Shown here one piece after another: positions 24,558 to 36,500 of a DNA stretch of 64,000 nucleotides. This stretch comes from Thraustochytrium aureum. Lineage: Eukaryota. The DNA is taken from contig BLSG01000132.1 in the NCBI GenBank assembly GCA_012862495.1, forward strand, positions 1-64,000. Reading direction: 5' to 3'. Position 1 is the first letter of the stretch; every line of letters begins with the position of its first letter. Both the position numbers and the translations under genes were made by a program. The notes beneath the pieces were generated by a model. The model did no database searches. It had not been told where the DNA came from and saw only the letters and a list, made by a program, of their open reading frames with translations.

Positions 24558-26744
24558 ATGGAAGACCTCCAGGACGCCATCGCGGACGCACGCTACATTG
24601 GCGAGCGGGCAACCGCAAAGCTTGAGCCGCTTGTACCGCTTAAAGTCGCTTCGACGGAAGAGCTCGAGTCGTTCAAGGCAACCTCGCTCTTCGAGGACCC
24701 CGGCTGCTTTACTTTCGAATCTATAACGGCGCAGCCGGTCGGGCTCTACCTTTTCATCAAGTTTGCGCAGCGAACCCAGCCAAATGCGCCCGAGATTCTG
24801 AGCATGATGGGAGAGGTGTCCGAGTTTCTGGGCACGATTGACTTGCGCCTGCGCCTGGCCAAAGCGATGCAAATGTTTGACTATTACCTGGCTCCGATCG
24901 AACCGACTCCAAGGATCCGGCGCTTGTCGGTCTCGACGGGGGGCCTCACAAGTCACGACTACACTGTGAAAAAGTCACGGAGCTCGATGTTCAACTCGAG
25001 CTTTCCGTCCGCGCAGGCCATTTCGGACAAGGCGGCAGAGCCAAGCGGGCCTGCAGCGAAAATCACTGAGGTGGCCTCGCACGAAGACCCCGTCAGCAGC
25101 GAGCAGAGCGGCAACAGGGCAGAGAGGCTGCCGAGTTCTGACGAGCCAGAATCAAATGACAACAAGCCTCCTTCCGGAAGAGAGCGGAGGCTCAGTCAGG
25201 ACAAAAGGGCTTCTCAGAGCTCTGACAAAGCCGACAAAGGCGGGGAGAGCAAGCCGACAGACTCGAAGGAACGGAGAGGGAGCAAATCTGGCGGGCCCGC
25301 GCTTGAGGGTTCAAGCAATCGGGTCGGCGTTGACCCCAAGACTGTATCCAAAATCTACAAAATCATTCGCGACGAAGTGGCGCTGCGAGACCGCTTGGGC
25401 AACGACTATGGTCACACGGAAGCTGGCTTCCACTTTTGCGGCTTCAACCCGAGCCTGTTCGACGATATCATGGGGAGCTTTTACAAAACGCTTCGCACGA
25501 TTGAGAGCAAATTTCTCAAGGACGAGCTTTTTCACACCTTTCTGTCCCTCAAGTACCTGGAGAAGGGCAGAGTGTCTGCGGACCTGTTCGCTACGTACCG
25601 CATCATTGGCCGAGGCGGGTTCGGGGAGGTGTACGCGAAAAAGCGCGTCGACACGGGCAAGATGTACGCAGTCAAGCTGCTGAACAAAGGGGTCATCAAA
25701 CAAAAGCACGCCGAAGACCTCTGTTGGAACGAAATGCGCGCCTTGCGCTCCTGCCGCTCGCCCTTTGTCGTCAACCTCAAGTACGCGTACCAGACCAAGA
25801 ATGATCTCTTTTTGGTGCTAGACCTCATGTCCGGAGGAGACCTCTGCTACCACCTCAACAAATCGGCGTCAGGGCGTTTTCCCGCCGAGCAGGCGCGTTT
25901 CCACGCCATCGAGATTCTGCTCGGGCTCCGGCACCTCCACGAGCAGGGCTACGTGTACCGAGACCTCAAGCCAGACAACGTGCTGCTCAACGACCGAGGC
26001 CATTGCAAGATCTCGGACCTCGGCTTGGCCATATCGAAGGACAAGGTCCTCATCGGCACTGCGGGCACCTTGGGGTACATGCCCCCAGAAATGTTCCGCC
26101 GAAACGCCTTTGGCGAGTACGACCCGCAGGGCAAAAAGGTCCCGTACAATCACACCGTGGATTGGTGGTCTTTCGGTTGCGTCATCTTCGAGATGCTCGT
26201 CGGCAAGTGCCCATTCCGAACCTCGGCTGCGAAGCAGTACTACGAGACTCAGTTTGGCAAGCCCAGTCCCGGCGGCTTTAGCCTTTCGTACCGCTACGCG
26301 ACGTGCTCCATGGAGGTTGAGTACACCTCAAGCGTCTTCCAGGGCCCGGACGGCCAAAAGGCAGCCGATCTCATCAAAGGGTGCCTGAACCGCGAGCCGA
26401 CCGAGCGTCTTGGGGGCTCTGAAATGCTTTTCCATTCTCTCAAGCATCATGCCTGGTTCACAGACTATATTGACATCGGTCTCGTCGCCAAGCAAAAGAT
26501 TGAGCCCCCCTTCGTGCCCAAACGGTCCGAGATCAACGCCGAGAGCATCAGGGAAATCAAAAAGGACACGGAAAAGGTGGAGGTGGCGAGGGTTACACAG
26601 CAGGACCAGGAGAAATGGGCCAACTGGTATTTTGCCTCCCAAGAGGCGTTTCAGGAGGAGCTTGTTGAGCTCATGCGCTACGAGGAGCTCCACGGCAAGA
26701 TCGAGTTTCAAAGCGAGTCGATCAAGTTTTGCAGCATCCTCTGA
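24558..26744 (+). CDS. GRK: G protein-coupled receptor kinase (GRK family; RGS-homology domain + AGC kinase domain, C-terminal CaaX)
   Basis: N-terminal helix MEDLQDAIADARYI (cf. GRK2 MADLEAVLADVSYL); RH motif FESITAQPVGLYLFIKF; kinase motifs RIIGRGGFGEVY, DTGKMYAVK, LDLMSGGDL.YHL, VYRDLKP.N, ISDLGLA (GRK-type DLG), GTLGYMPPE; ends in CSIL. Confidence 0.9.
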   Translation: MEDLQDAIADARYIGERATAKLEPLVPLKVASTEELESFKATSLFEDPGCFTFESITAQPVGLYLFIKFAQRTQPNAPEILSMMGEVSEFLGTIDLRLRLAKAMQMFDYYLAPIEPTPRIRRLSVSTGGLTSHDYTVKKSRSSMFNSSFPSAQAISDKAAEPSGPAAKITEVASHEDPVSSEQSGNRAERLPSSDEPESNDNKPPSGRERRLSQDKRASQSSDKADKGGESKPTDSKERRGSKSGGPALEGSSNRVGVDPKTVSKIYKIIRDEVALRDRLGNDYGHTEAGFHFCGFNPSLFDDIMGSFYKTLRTIESKFLKDELFHTFLSLKYLEKGRVSADLFATYRIIGRGGFGEVYAKKRVDTGKMYAVKLLNKGVIKQKHAEDLCWNEMRALRSCRSPFVVNLKYAYQTKNDLFLVLDLMSGGDLCYHLNKSASGRFPAEQARFHAIEILLGLRHLHEQGYVYRDLKPDNVLLNDRGHCKISDLGLAISKDKVLIGTAGTLGYMPPEMFRRNAFGEYDPQGKKVPYNHTVDWWSFGCVIFEMLVGKCPFRTSAAKQYYETQFGKPSPGGFSLSYRYATCSMEVEYTSSVFQGPDGQKAADLIKGCLNREPTERLGGSEMLFHSLKHHAWFTDYIDIGLVAKQKIEPPFVPKRSEINAESIREIKKDTEKVEVARVTQQDQEKWANWYFASQEAFQEELVELMRYEELHGKIEFQSESIKFCSIL

Positions 26745-27506
26745 TGTGATGTTGTCTCAAACACACGCACGGCGTGCGGAACAGCATCATGCTTTCGAGT
26801 TTCAAGCGCTCCGCCGACCGAGTAGTGTACTGTTGTAGTGCGAATAACTTTCTTTCGAACAGGCCTCTTGAGTGCAAGCCATTGATGTCTGTACTTGCTC
26901 GCGCTGCTCCACTTCCTCGAGCGCGTCATTGCACGCCGCGCCGGCAACGCTTCGCTGGCGCGGTGGCCTTGGCGCGGCCGCTCGGGCTCCGTGCGCTTCA
27001 GACGCAACGCGGCGGCACTGTGCATCCTTTCGCCTGCAAGTGCCTCTGCCCGTCAAGCCCAACGCGGCAAAGCAGCGGCAGCTGCTCGCAAGCGCGCGCG
27101 CTGCTCGTCGAGCAAGAGCAAGAGCCTTGCGGCGCGCTTTCGAGGGGGCGGCCGGCGCGCACCTAGCAACGGTCTGCTTCCAGCCTCCTCCAAGGCTCGC
27201 CTGCCTGCCTTTTCAAAAGGAAATCTGTTCTGCACTNNNNNNNNNNNNNNNNNNNNNNNNNNNNNNNNNNNNNNNNNNNNNNNNNNNNNNNNNNNNNNNN
27301 NNNNNNNNNNNNNNNNNNNNNNNNNNNNNNNNNNNNNNNNNNNNNNNNNNNNNNNNNNNNNNNNNNNNNNNNNNNNNNNNNNNNNNNNNNNNNNNNNNNN
27401 NNNNNNNNNNNNNNNNNNNNNNNNNNNNNNNNNNNNNNNNNNNNNNNNNNNNNNNNNNNNNNNNNNNNNNNNNNNNNNNNNNNNNNNNNNNNNNNNNNNN
27501 NNNNNN

Positions 27507-28881
27507 CTGCCCTCGAGCTCGTCGAACACGAGCGCTTCGAGTAGCGGCAAACAGTGCAGCGGGAGCGCAGCCGCGGCAGCGAGCGGCAAGTGCTGTGGTT
27601 TGTCCATTCTTCTGGAGAGACTGGGCAGCCCCCGCTGACGGCGCGGTGCGCTGTCGAAAGCGCTGCGCGGGAAAATCCCACCATGACGATAGCAGTCCTC
27701 TCTGTTGCCTGGGATACTCGCGAGCTCGAGGATGCCTTTCAGAATGTTGTCGGGTTGCGCGCTGACTTTGATGCAGTCTTTGGTGCCCACCCGGGGCTCC
27801 AGACGTGGTACCGCTCTGGCGCATGGCGCGGCGGCCACAAATACCACCACCTGTCGGATGCGGCTCGGTTGGCACTTCTTGTCGCCTGTGGCGGCGTTTA
27901 CCTGGACACAGATATCATCTCTGTGAGGCCCCTCGACCTTGTCCCCAATACCGCGTCGATTGGCTCCGAGGACAGCCCGCACGACGGCGAGGCCAGGACA
28001 CTCTGCAACGCGGCGCTCGTGTTTCGGCGACCAAACCATCCTTCCTCGTCGCGCTGATTGACGAGTTCCTTTCCACATTCAGCGCGAAGGGGCACTTTGG
28101 ATGGAACGGGCCGCAACTGCTGACTCGAGTTCACGGGCAGTGGCAGCCGCGAGCGGCTCATGACGCGGTGTTCCGTGCCTCGCCGAAATTGTTCTACCCG
28201 ATTCCATGGTTTGGTGTGGATAAGCTCTTTGCCCCGCCCACCACGCTTGGCCAGATCCTCGGACCTGACGCCGTCGATGGCGCCAAAGATACTCCTACAG
28301 TTGCAGTGCATCTGTGGCAAAGCCAAGTGAAGGGACAGCTCGCGAACCTGGCGCTTGACTACGGCGAAGACAATAGCCTAGTTGGCGCCTTGGCAGCGCA
28401 GGCTTGCCCGATGAGCTGGGCGCGCGCACGCCCAGACACTGGCCAGGCAGCGCGAGCGGGTTTTGACTTTGCTCTCGAGATTGAAGAGCCGCGGAGCGGG
28501 GTGCAGATTTACCAGGCCGACTCTGGCATCCGAGTCCGGGTTCGAGTCCGTTCCACTGAAATTGGCACAGCAAGGAACGCAAAGCTTGGACAAGGGACCC
28601 GGATTTGTTTTGCGTTAGGGAGCGAGCCTATGGGCGACTGCCTCAAGCTCGATGTTCCAAGTATTTCGCTTGGCAACCCCGGACCGGGGCACTTTGTTCT
28701 TAGTGCCGAGCTGTGCTCGATGGACTCGGACACTTTGCCGGCAACAGGCAGCATGGATCGCCTAGCGGGCCAGCACACGTGGCTCAAGCAGTCGTGCAGG
28801 GGCGGCGCAAGCGGCGGCTTGCTGGCGTGGCGCGCATTAACTAGCTTTTCGGTAGAGTTTCACTCCATCGAAGCAGAGTGA
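27507..28881 (+). CDS. GT32-family DXD glycosyltransferase (alpha-1,4-galactosyltransferase-like); 5' end probably in gap; frameshift near 28040
   Basis: HLSDAARLALLVACGGVYLDTDII, LCNAALVF..NHP(F), GWNGPQLLTRV, FYPIPW, AVHLW. Confidence 0.8.
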
Positions 28882-28985
28882 ACGATCGTCTCTGAGCGCG
28901 AGAGCTGCTCTGCTCTACGACGACGGCAACCCGTGCAGTACAACAAAGCGGTGGTTCGTTCTACAGATTGAGCTTCTGCTGCTCG

Positions 28986-31054
28986 TCAATGGAAAGCGCG
29001 TCGCGGGTCGCCGAAGACCTGGTCAAGCGACGCGAATCGGTCCGGGTCTGCACCGTCGGCCTGCACGAGAAGGTCCGGGGGAAAGAGGCCGCGTTCGTTC
29101 CACTGCCGCATCCGGTCGTGCGTGAACGGTCCCTGGATGGCGTTCCGCGTGTCTACATAGTACCATTGCGTTTCAGGGCCGAAGCCGTGATGTGCGTAGT
29201 TTGAGGCCGAGCTGTCTCCATAGCTCGCGGCGTCTAATAAAACGGCCTCGACTGGCAGCTGCCGTGATGCCTGGCTCCCGACCGACGTGCTGCACAGGCC
29301 CGAGTGCCATTGCGGCTTGCTACCCGCCGCTTGCCGTGCCGCCTCGNNNNNNNNNNNNNNNNNNNNNNNNNNNNNNNNNNNNNNNNNNNNNNNNNNNNNN
29401 NNNNNNNNNNNNNNNNNNNNNNNNNNNNNNNNNNNNNNNNNNNNNATCGAGCTCCTCCACGTAATGAGGCGCGCTGTGGACCTGAGCACGGCCATTGAGG
29501 CTGTTCTGATTCGCGCGGTGCACGGAGATACCGGCCGCCGCCATACCTGTTTGCGTCACGGTAGGGATGCGACGATGGATGTGCGGCCACTACCGGCGAA
29601 AAGTGCGGCGCAACAGCCGAGTAGTAGGCCGTTTGTGGCCCCGGCCCGACTTGCTCATTCCGGTTCGGCTGGCGGAAGGCGGCCTGGTGCACGCTCAGGC
29701 CGATCCCCGCGCCCCGTTGCGCCAGTGCAGACTTGTATGCCAGTCCCACGCTCGCGCCCCCAACCCCGTCGGGAGAAAGGCTCGCGGGATCGCGATTTAC
29801 CTCGCTGAAGAATTGACCGTGTGCCTGCCGACCCTTTGGCATGCCACGGTCCCGCCAAGTCGGTTCCAACTCGTACTCGTCACAACCAAGGCCCTCTGCG
29901 CCGCCCCCTCCGCCGCCCGCCTCGGTGTTGCTGTCTCCGTCAATAGGGCCAAAAACCCGCTCATGGTCGGCAAGCAAGCGAGGATTGGGCGGGTCAAGGC
30001 CGCGCCTGCACCGCTCCAGCTTGTGCCGCTGCTGCCGGTAGATTTCTCGCAGCTCGGCGCGCTTTTGCGTGAATTGCTCGAGTCGCTCGCGCTCCCGGAG
30101 AACCCGCTGCTCCATTTCGAAGCGCCGTTTGCGCTCGATTTCTTGCGCTCGCTGAATAGCAACCTCGTGTTGCACCTCGCGGTATGCGGCTTTGTCCGCA
30201 ACGCGGTCTTGCGCCTGGATTTGGCGGCGCGCGCACTGCCGCACATATTGCAGAGCTGCGCCTTCGTGAAGAACGAGCTTGGTCATGCCTTCCTCCGCAA
30301 CAATATACTCCAAGCGCTCTGTGACTTGATCTCGCTTCGTCTGGTTCTTGCGGCGAAGCTCTGCGGCGCCGACGTCGCGCGAGACGAGCGCTTGGCCGGC
30401 TTGCAATAGCTCCTGAAGAATTGGAGAGCGAAGGTCCGCGTATTGCCGCGCGCGAAGAGTCAGCTTGCAATCACTCCACGCGCATCGTAGTGGGCCTCCG
30501 ACTTACCTTTCGCTTGTTCTCGGCAAGCCTTTGCCGCCGCAAGCCGTCCTCGTACATATTGCGATACTGCCGCACCGCCTGTGCTGCGCGGCTCTTCGCG
30601 TTCGCGTCCACGAGGCGGTTTAAACGAGCTGCCAGCGATCTTCAGGGTTAGGGCGGCCGTTCGCGCGGGAGATCTGCGGCCTGTTGCCTCGGTATGCGCA
30701 ACTACTTACCTTCCTCTTCTTGGACCAAGTTTTGCAGGGCGCTCAGCCCGTGCTTTGCCGCCTTGTGGAATGTGGCCGGCCGCTTCGGCTTTGCAGGCTT
30801 CTTGCTGATCTTGATGTCCGGGTTGTAGTAGATCCCGTCAAAGCGCGCATCGATCAGTTCTGTCGAAAGGACCTCCGAGCAGACCGAGTCCTTCTCGAGC
30901 CCCCAGCCCGCTCGCTCGTTGCGTCGGCGTCTCCTGGCTCTTCATCGGGCTCGCCATCAAACGCTGACTCGCCAGGGCCACCACCTTGGTCGTCATCCGG
31001 CACAAGCTCGTCGAACAGAGCCTCGTTATGAACCCTGAGCTTGCCCATTCCCAT
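28986..31054 (-). CDS. Coiled-coil protein with a probable C-terminal GYF domain; introns 30413-30506 and probably 30640-30709
   Basis: GYF-like QWYYVDTRNAIQGPFTHDRMRQWNERGLFPPDLLV. Splicing GTAAGT(30506)..CAG(30413) joins RQRLAENKRK to ELLQAGQ. Linking the GYF part requires a frameshift and crossing gap 29347-29446. Confidence 0.6.
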
Positions 31055-31487
31055 GAATCGCCTCCTGCCGGCGCCCGTTTCGTGCGGCGGCCCTGCTCGC
31101 CTCGGCAGCTTGCGGCGCCTTCCAAGTCTGCGCGGACTCTGCGACCCCTGCCGGCTGGCCTCTGCTCACCGTGGCGGTCTCCAAGCCTGCGGGTCTCGTC
31201 GCCGGTGCCTGGGGCCTTGCACGTCTGCTGCAGATCGAGCGCGTCGTGGAGACTGTTCAACGTGCCTGTCGTGCCCGTCCCAAAAGTGCAGCAACAACAA
31301 GGCCAAAAAAAGTGCCGAAGTGAAAAAGGGAGAAAGTGCGAGAGGGAAGAAAACGAGTGTGCAACTCCGCGCTGTCCCCTCGGCAGAGAACCTAAGTTGT
31401 TCTTTCTTGGTCACTCCAGAGTCCAGAGTCCAGACTCCAGAGCCACCTCGAGCAGAGCACAGACTCATACTTGCGGCGGTCGCGAGC

Positions 31488-32200
31488 ATGGCGGCACCCG
31501 CGGTGGGGCGTGGAGAGGCCCTGGTGCTGCTGAAGAGGTGCGTAAAGGCTGCCAAGGCTTGCCCGGACCCCAGCCAACGGAAGGTGATGCTCGACACGAT
31601 CAGGCTCCGGTTTGACCGGGCAAAGGCGATCGTGCCTGGCACAAGGCGGGCGCGCCTCGCGCTCGAGGAAGCGATGGATGATGTGGACAGCATGGAGTAC
31701 TATTTGAAGCAGCGCACGTCTCCGAACGCTGGAGCAGGGCTCGCTGCGCGCAACGCGGCTGCCGTCAGAGGCGGGCCCACAGAGGCCAGGAAAGTGAGAT
31801 TGGTGGTGCCCAACGTGGCCGCGGGGTCGCCGAGGTTGGACCTGGGCTACTTTTTGCACGCGCTGGCGCCGTTTGGCGAGCTTGAAGGGCTGCAGATGAG
31901 CGACGCCGAAACCGCCGCGGGAGGCTGCGCGACTGTGACTGCAACATTTCGCGAGGCCAAGGGCGCGGAGGCTTGCCGAGCAGGCTTTCCTTGCCTCAAG
32001 TAGGTCGCAGGCATTTGAAAAATGGCTCGGTGCAGTCGATTCCAGCGACCTTCCTATCGCCGAGCTTGTGCGCGTCGATACTGGCGCTCTCCAGGCGCCT
32101 GCCGACGTGGGTTGGAGGAATCCGCGCCTAGAGCCGCCTCTGCTCCGTCCATGCGGGAGACCTTTGCGCCTGCACAGCTTTCCTTGGTCTATACTCGACA
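31488..32200 (+). CDS. LYR-motif (Complex1_LYR-like) protein followed by an RRM-like segment; 3' end uncertain
   Basis: EALVLLKRCVKAAKACPDPSQRKVMLDTIRLRF resembles the LYR family. RLVVPNV...LAPFGELEGL...VTATFREAKGAEAC resembles an RRM. Likely frameshift near 31985. Confidence 0.5.
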
Positions 32201-32366
32201 AAGTCAACTCACGTTGGTTGTTTGTATTTTTTCTAAATTTTCGTTCCCCGCGCTTGCTTGCGGGGAATCGCCAGCGATCGATCGTTCCCACCACCTCGTG
32301 CCGAGGAAAGCGGCGACTGCCAGCAGCAGGCGGCGGCGGTGGCGACGATGAGCCTCTCCGCTCTGC

Positions 32367-33085
32367 TCACATAACGACAGAACTTACTCCGCCCAATATC
32401 TCGTCTGCTCGGCGCGGCTCGAGGAGCGAGATCCAGTCCGCGCTCTGAAAAGGCAATAGCCCCATGAGGGCCAGCTTGTAGGCCGCAAAGGCAAGCCCGA
32501 CAAAGTTCAACGCAACGAACATGAGCTTGGCGCGCGCGAGGCCGCTTACATCAGCAAACGGTTCGAACACGGTGCCGATGGAGAAGAGGCTCTTGAGCGG
32601 GTTGCTGATGGCCATGCCAGTCATCATAATGGAGAAGATGTTGATGCCCGACCCGCTCATCCACAGCATGAACCCNNNNNNNNNNNNNNNNNNNNNNNNN
32701 NNNNNNNNNNNNNNNNNNNNNNNNNNNNNNNNNNNNNNNNNNNNNNNNNNNNNNNNNNNNNNNNNNNNNNNNNNNNNNNNNNNNNNNNNNNNNNNNNNNN
32801 NNACAGCATGGACCCTGTCATCAGCAGCTGCTTGCCTGGCGCTTGGCCGACGGCCATCATGCGCCGCTGCTTCATCAAGGCCTGGTTGGCCTGGATGGTC
32901 GCCAGGTCCGCAGCGTTCTGCTTGCCTTTGCCCTCCCCCGGCAGCGCAAAGTCATGCAGGTACCCTGGCGCATTGACGACGCTCTTGTCGCCCCCTTTGC
33001 CGCCCTTTGGCACCACCGCCAGGACCTTGGCGGAGCAGTCGGCCCCGAGCTCGAAGCCCCACAGGGGGTCGTTGTTGGTGGCCAT
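32367..33085 (-). CDS. EMC4: ER membrane protein complex subunit 4 (DUF1077/TMEM85)
   Basis: APGY...APGKQLLMTG(F)MLWMSGSGINIFSIMMTGM...NPLK...YKLALMGLLP...DW. The gap flanks overlap (acagcatg.accc), so the ORF is continuous once the gap is removed. Confidence 0.9.
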
Positions 33086-33353
33086 CCTTCTATTCGCCTT
33101 CTATTCTGCCGCCGCGGCGCGAGAGCGCGCGCCTCCGACGCAAGGCGCTGGACTCGCGCGAGCCTGGGCTATGAGCGGGCCACGCTCGTGGCTCCTAGCC
33201 AGGCACGTTCACGCTAGCTTGCGCGAATTCTCCCGCACGCTGCTCTCCCTTGCGGCTCTGCACTCCCTCACTGTCCTGAACTCTAGCGCTCGCTGAGTTT
33301 GTTTGACCTCGATTGGTCCTCTTGGCGATTCCGGAAGCGGGCCGTGCAGCGGG

Positions 33354-33458
33354 CGTGGAGCGCGAGGCTGCAAGCAGCAGCCAACTCCGCATTCGATTGA
33401 GACTATTGCAGGCCGTGGAGCGCGAGGCTGCAAGCTGCAGCCAACTCCGCATTCGATT
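33354..33458. repeat. Direct repeat of 45 bp x2 with a 60-bp period
   Basis: cgtggagcgcgaggctgcaagc(a/t)gcagccaactccgcattcgatt at 33354-33398 and 33414-33458, one mismatch. Confidence 0.9.
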
Positions 33459-33515
33459 TCTGGGTTTGCCTGTTTGCTTTTTTATTTGACAGTGCTGCTC
33501 GGGAACTCGTCATGC

Positions 33516-36500
33516 CTACAAGTAGTCCTCCATCGAACTCGTGCTCTTGAAGCTCCAGGCCGACACCTCGCTCGACTGGGACGAGCGGGAGTTGACAGAA
33601 CGCAGCGTTTCCGCGGATTTCTCCACCACGTGGTCGTCCTCGTCAACCCCGTTGCTGGGAGCGGCTGGCGAGGACTTGCGCGCGAATGCGCTCGCCTTGG
33701 CACCTTGCGAGCCCTTCAAAGGCGCCAGCGTGGGTGGCTTAACGGCGACGTGGCGGCTTGAGAGGACAGAGTGGTTGTGGCGCATGAGGCCCGCCCCGCC
33801 ACCCTCGCGCTGCTCAAAGGCGATGTAGTCCTCGATCTGCGTGATCGCAGCCTGGTTGACGTGCATGAGGATGCTGCCTTCCTCCAAGTGCAGGGGGGCC
33901 GTCGGGACCACGCCTGAGAGAAGCTCGATGGGCTTGTTGGCGCCGCGGCCGCCGGCAGGAACGATATTGCCCTTGAGTACGATGACAAGGCCGCCGTGAA
34001 AGATGATGGGCCGGGAAACGGGAATGAGAGAGTGGCGGCGGTGCGACGAACCATGCATGTGCTCGAGCGAACCGTGTGCATTGAATGCCGACTTGCCACC
34101 GACCGACTCTCGCGTGAGCGTTCGGCCGCCTTTTAGAATCCGCACGTGCGGCAGGACAGATTTAAGGAGGTTGAAGGTGGCAAACTGGAACTGAGGAAAG
34201 AGCGACTCGAGGATGATGAGGCCCGCCTCGCGGTACACGTTGTACGCGACCGGGCTGCTGCGCTCCACGATGTCACGAAGGAGCCTGAAGGAGAGCTCGA
34301 GCACCTCGACGCTGGTCTGGCACACCGCGGTGAACGTGTACGGGCGACCCGAGACAAACGCGACGGCCCCAAGAGCATCTCCTGCCGACTTTTCAAGCTC
34401 CACGCCGCCCTCGAACTCGAGACGTACCTTCCCCTTAACAATGATCATGAGCGAGTCGCACAGGCCCCCCCTCGGTGAACAAGAGTCTCCCGTGGACTTT
34501 ACTGTCGAAGTGGAGAAGGCGGTGATCATGTCGACGATGTCCTCCTCGACGTCGAGCAGGAACGAGCTGTTCCGCAAGACCTGAAACTTTGTTTGAGGCC
34601 CCGGCGGCCGCAGCTGGCGCAAGTCGCGGCGCGACTCTTCGAGCGCGTGCTCGATGGTTTCGAGGTCCTTTTCGTCGATCTCGGCCCGGTCGAGCATCTT
34701 GTGCGCGTAGTTTTCCATCTCTTTTAGAAGGCGCTGGATGGCCACGTTGGTTTTCACGGAGGAGGCAATCTCTGGGTGCTCCTGCTCGATAAGCTCTGTG
34801 TACGAGAGGGCTTTTCTGATCATGCTGGCGTTTTCTTCCAGCACAGCCTCGACTACATCGGCGGTGGTCTCATGGATAAAGTGCTTGAACGGCGCCACGA
34901 CAGACTTGTGCGCGCGAACAAAGGTGGCCGCCACGTTGTAGGCGTCCGCGAGGTGCGCCGCGTTGGGATTGCGGTTGCAGTAGGGCACCATCCAGATCTG
35001 CGGCGAGTCAACATAGCGCTTGATGTGGTCGTCCCATTCGTTGAGGGGGCGATCCGGGTAGTCCTGGCAGCGCGAGGCGGCCTCGATGAGGACCTGGAGC
35101 GCGGGCCAGGAGCGGTTGGCGCCTTCCTGAAACTGGCGCCGGTACGACGCCTTGACGAGGCTGAGGAACCGGAAGCGCGCCTCGCGGATCTGCAGCTCCT
35201 CGACAGAGACGCCTCGCGCCACCTCGTTTTCTTCCAGGTCGATCTCCATTCGAGAGGGCGACCGTTTCGGCACCACGACACGCTGCCCGTGCACGCTGGG
35301 TTCCTCCTCGTCGTTGTTGTCGTTGTTGTCGTTGGTGTCGTTGGAGGGGGCGGAATGTGCGTCGCAGGCGAACCGGTCCTTGGAGATCTTGTCGATGTGC
35401 TTTAGCACGGTAAAGGTTTCGCGCATGTGTGGCACGCCCATGCGCTTGCGTTCGTCGTACACTTGGCGGCTGAGGATGGGCATGTGCTTCCAGACCACGT
35501 CCCAGTCGGCGTTCTTGTAGTGCGGGTGGCGCTTGAGCGACTCGACCGCGTAGTCCATGTGGTCGTGGACGTGGACAGTCGCCTTTTCAAAAAACGCCTG
35601 TGCGGCCTCGCCCTGCTTGTTGAGCCCCAGGTAGGACACCAGGTACTTTGTGGTCGTCCCGTTGATGGCAAGTGTCATGAGGACGATGCCGGCCATGTGG
35701 AAGACCATTTGGCTCTGCGTGGCAAAGACGAGGCAGACCACGGGAGTGCCGTCCTCAGCCGTGGCAGAGCTGCCGTCCTCGTTCGGGGGGGCGCACGTGC
35801 ACTCCTCGACGACAAGCAGCGCGGCGATGAGGCCGATGGCGCCGCGGAGACCAGAGTAGGAGACGACCAGCAAGCGTCGCCAGGACAGGCCGTAGCCGAG
35901 GCGGGCGAGCGGCCAATACAGCGCGATTACGGAGATGAAGCGGATTACGTTGATCGCCACGAAGAGCAGGAAGAGGTTCAGGAGGTCGCGCAGCGTCATC
36001 CGGTAAGTGGCGTCAGCCTGGATCAGGATGTTGATGATGACGAGCCCGCTGAAGGCGAAAAGCACCGTGTTGACCATGTACTCTACCTTTTTCCAGAATC
36101 GCTTGAGGCTGAGCGCGACCTCGTGCTGGATGTAGCCGTCCTGGTAAGCCGCAAAGACGAGGCCCAAGAAGACGACCCCGATCACGCCAGAGACGTGCAG
36201 GGTCTCGGCGATGAGAAACGTCGCCCACACGATCACCACAGTGACCCCGACGCCGACCACTGTGTCGTCCCAGATCTGCTGCAACGCCAGCAAGCCCAGG
36301 AGGCCCATTCCAACGCCGACAAGCATGCCGAAGAACGAGGAGGCGCAGACCTTGAGGATGATTTCGCCCGGCGTGTAGCTGGACCGCCCGCTGAGGTTTT
36401 CGAAAAACACCGAGAACAGAACGAATCCAACGCCGTCGTTCAGCAGCGACTCGCCCTCGATCAGAACGCTGAGCGTCTCGGGCGCGCCGAGCTCGTGCAG

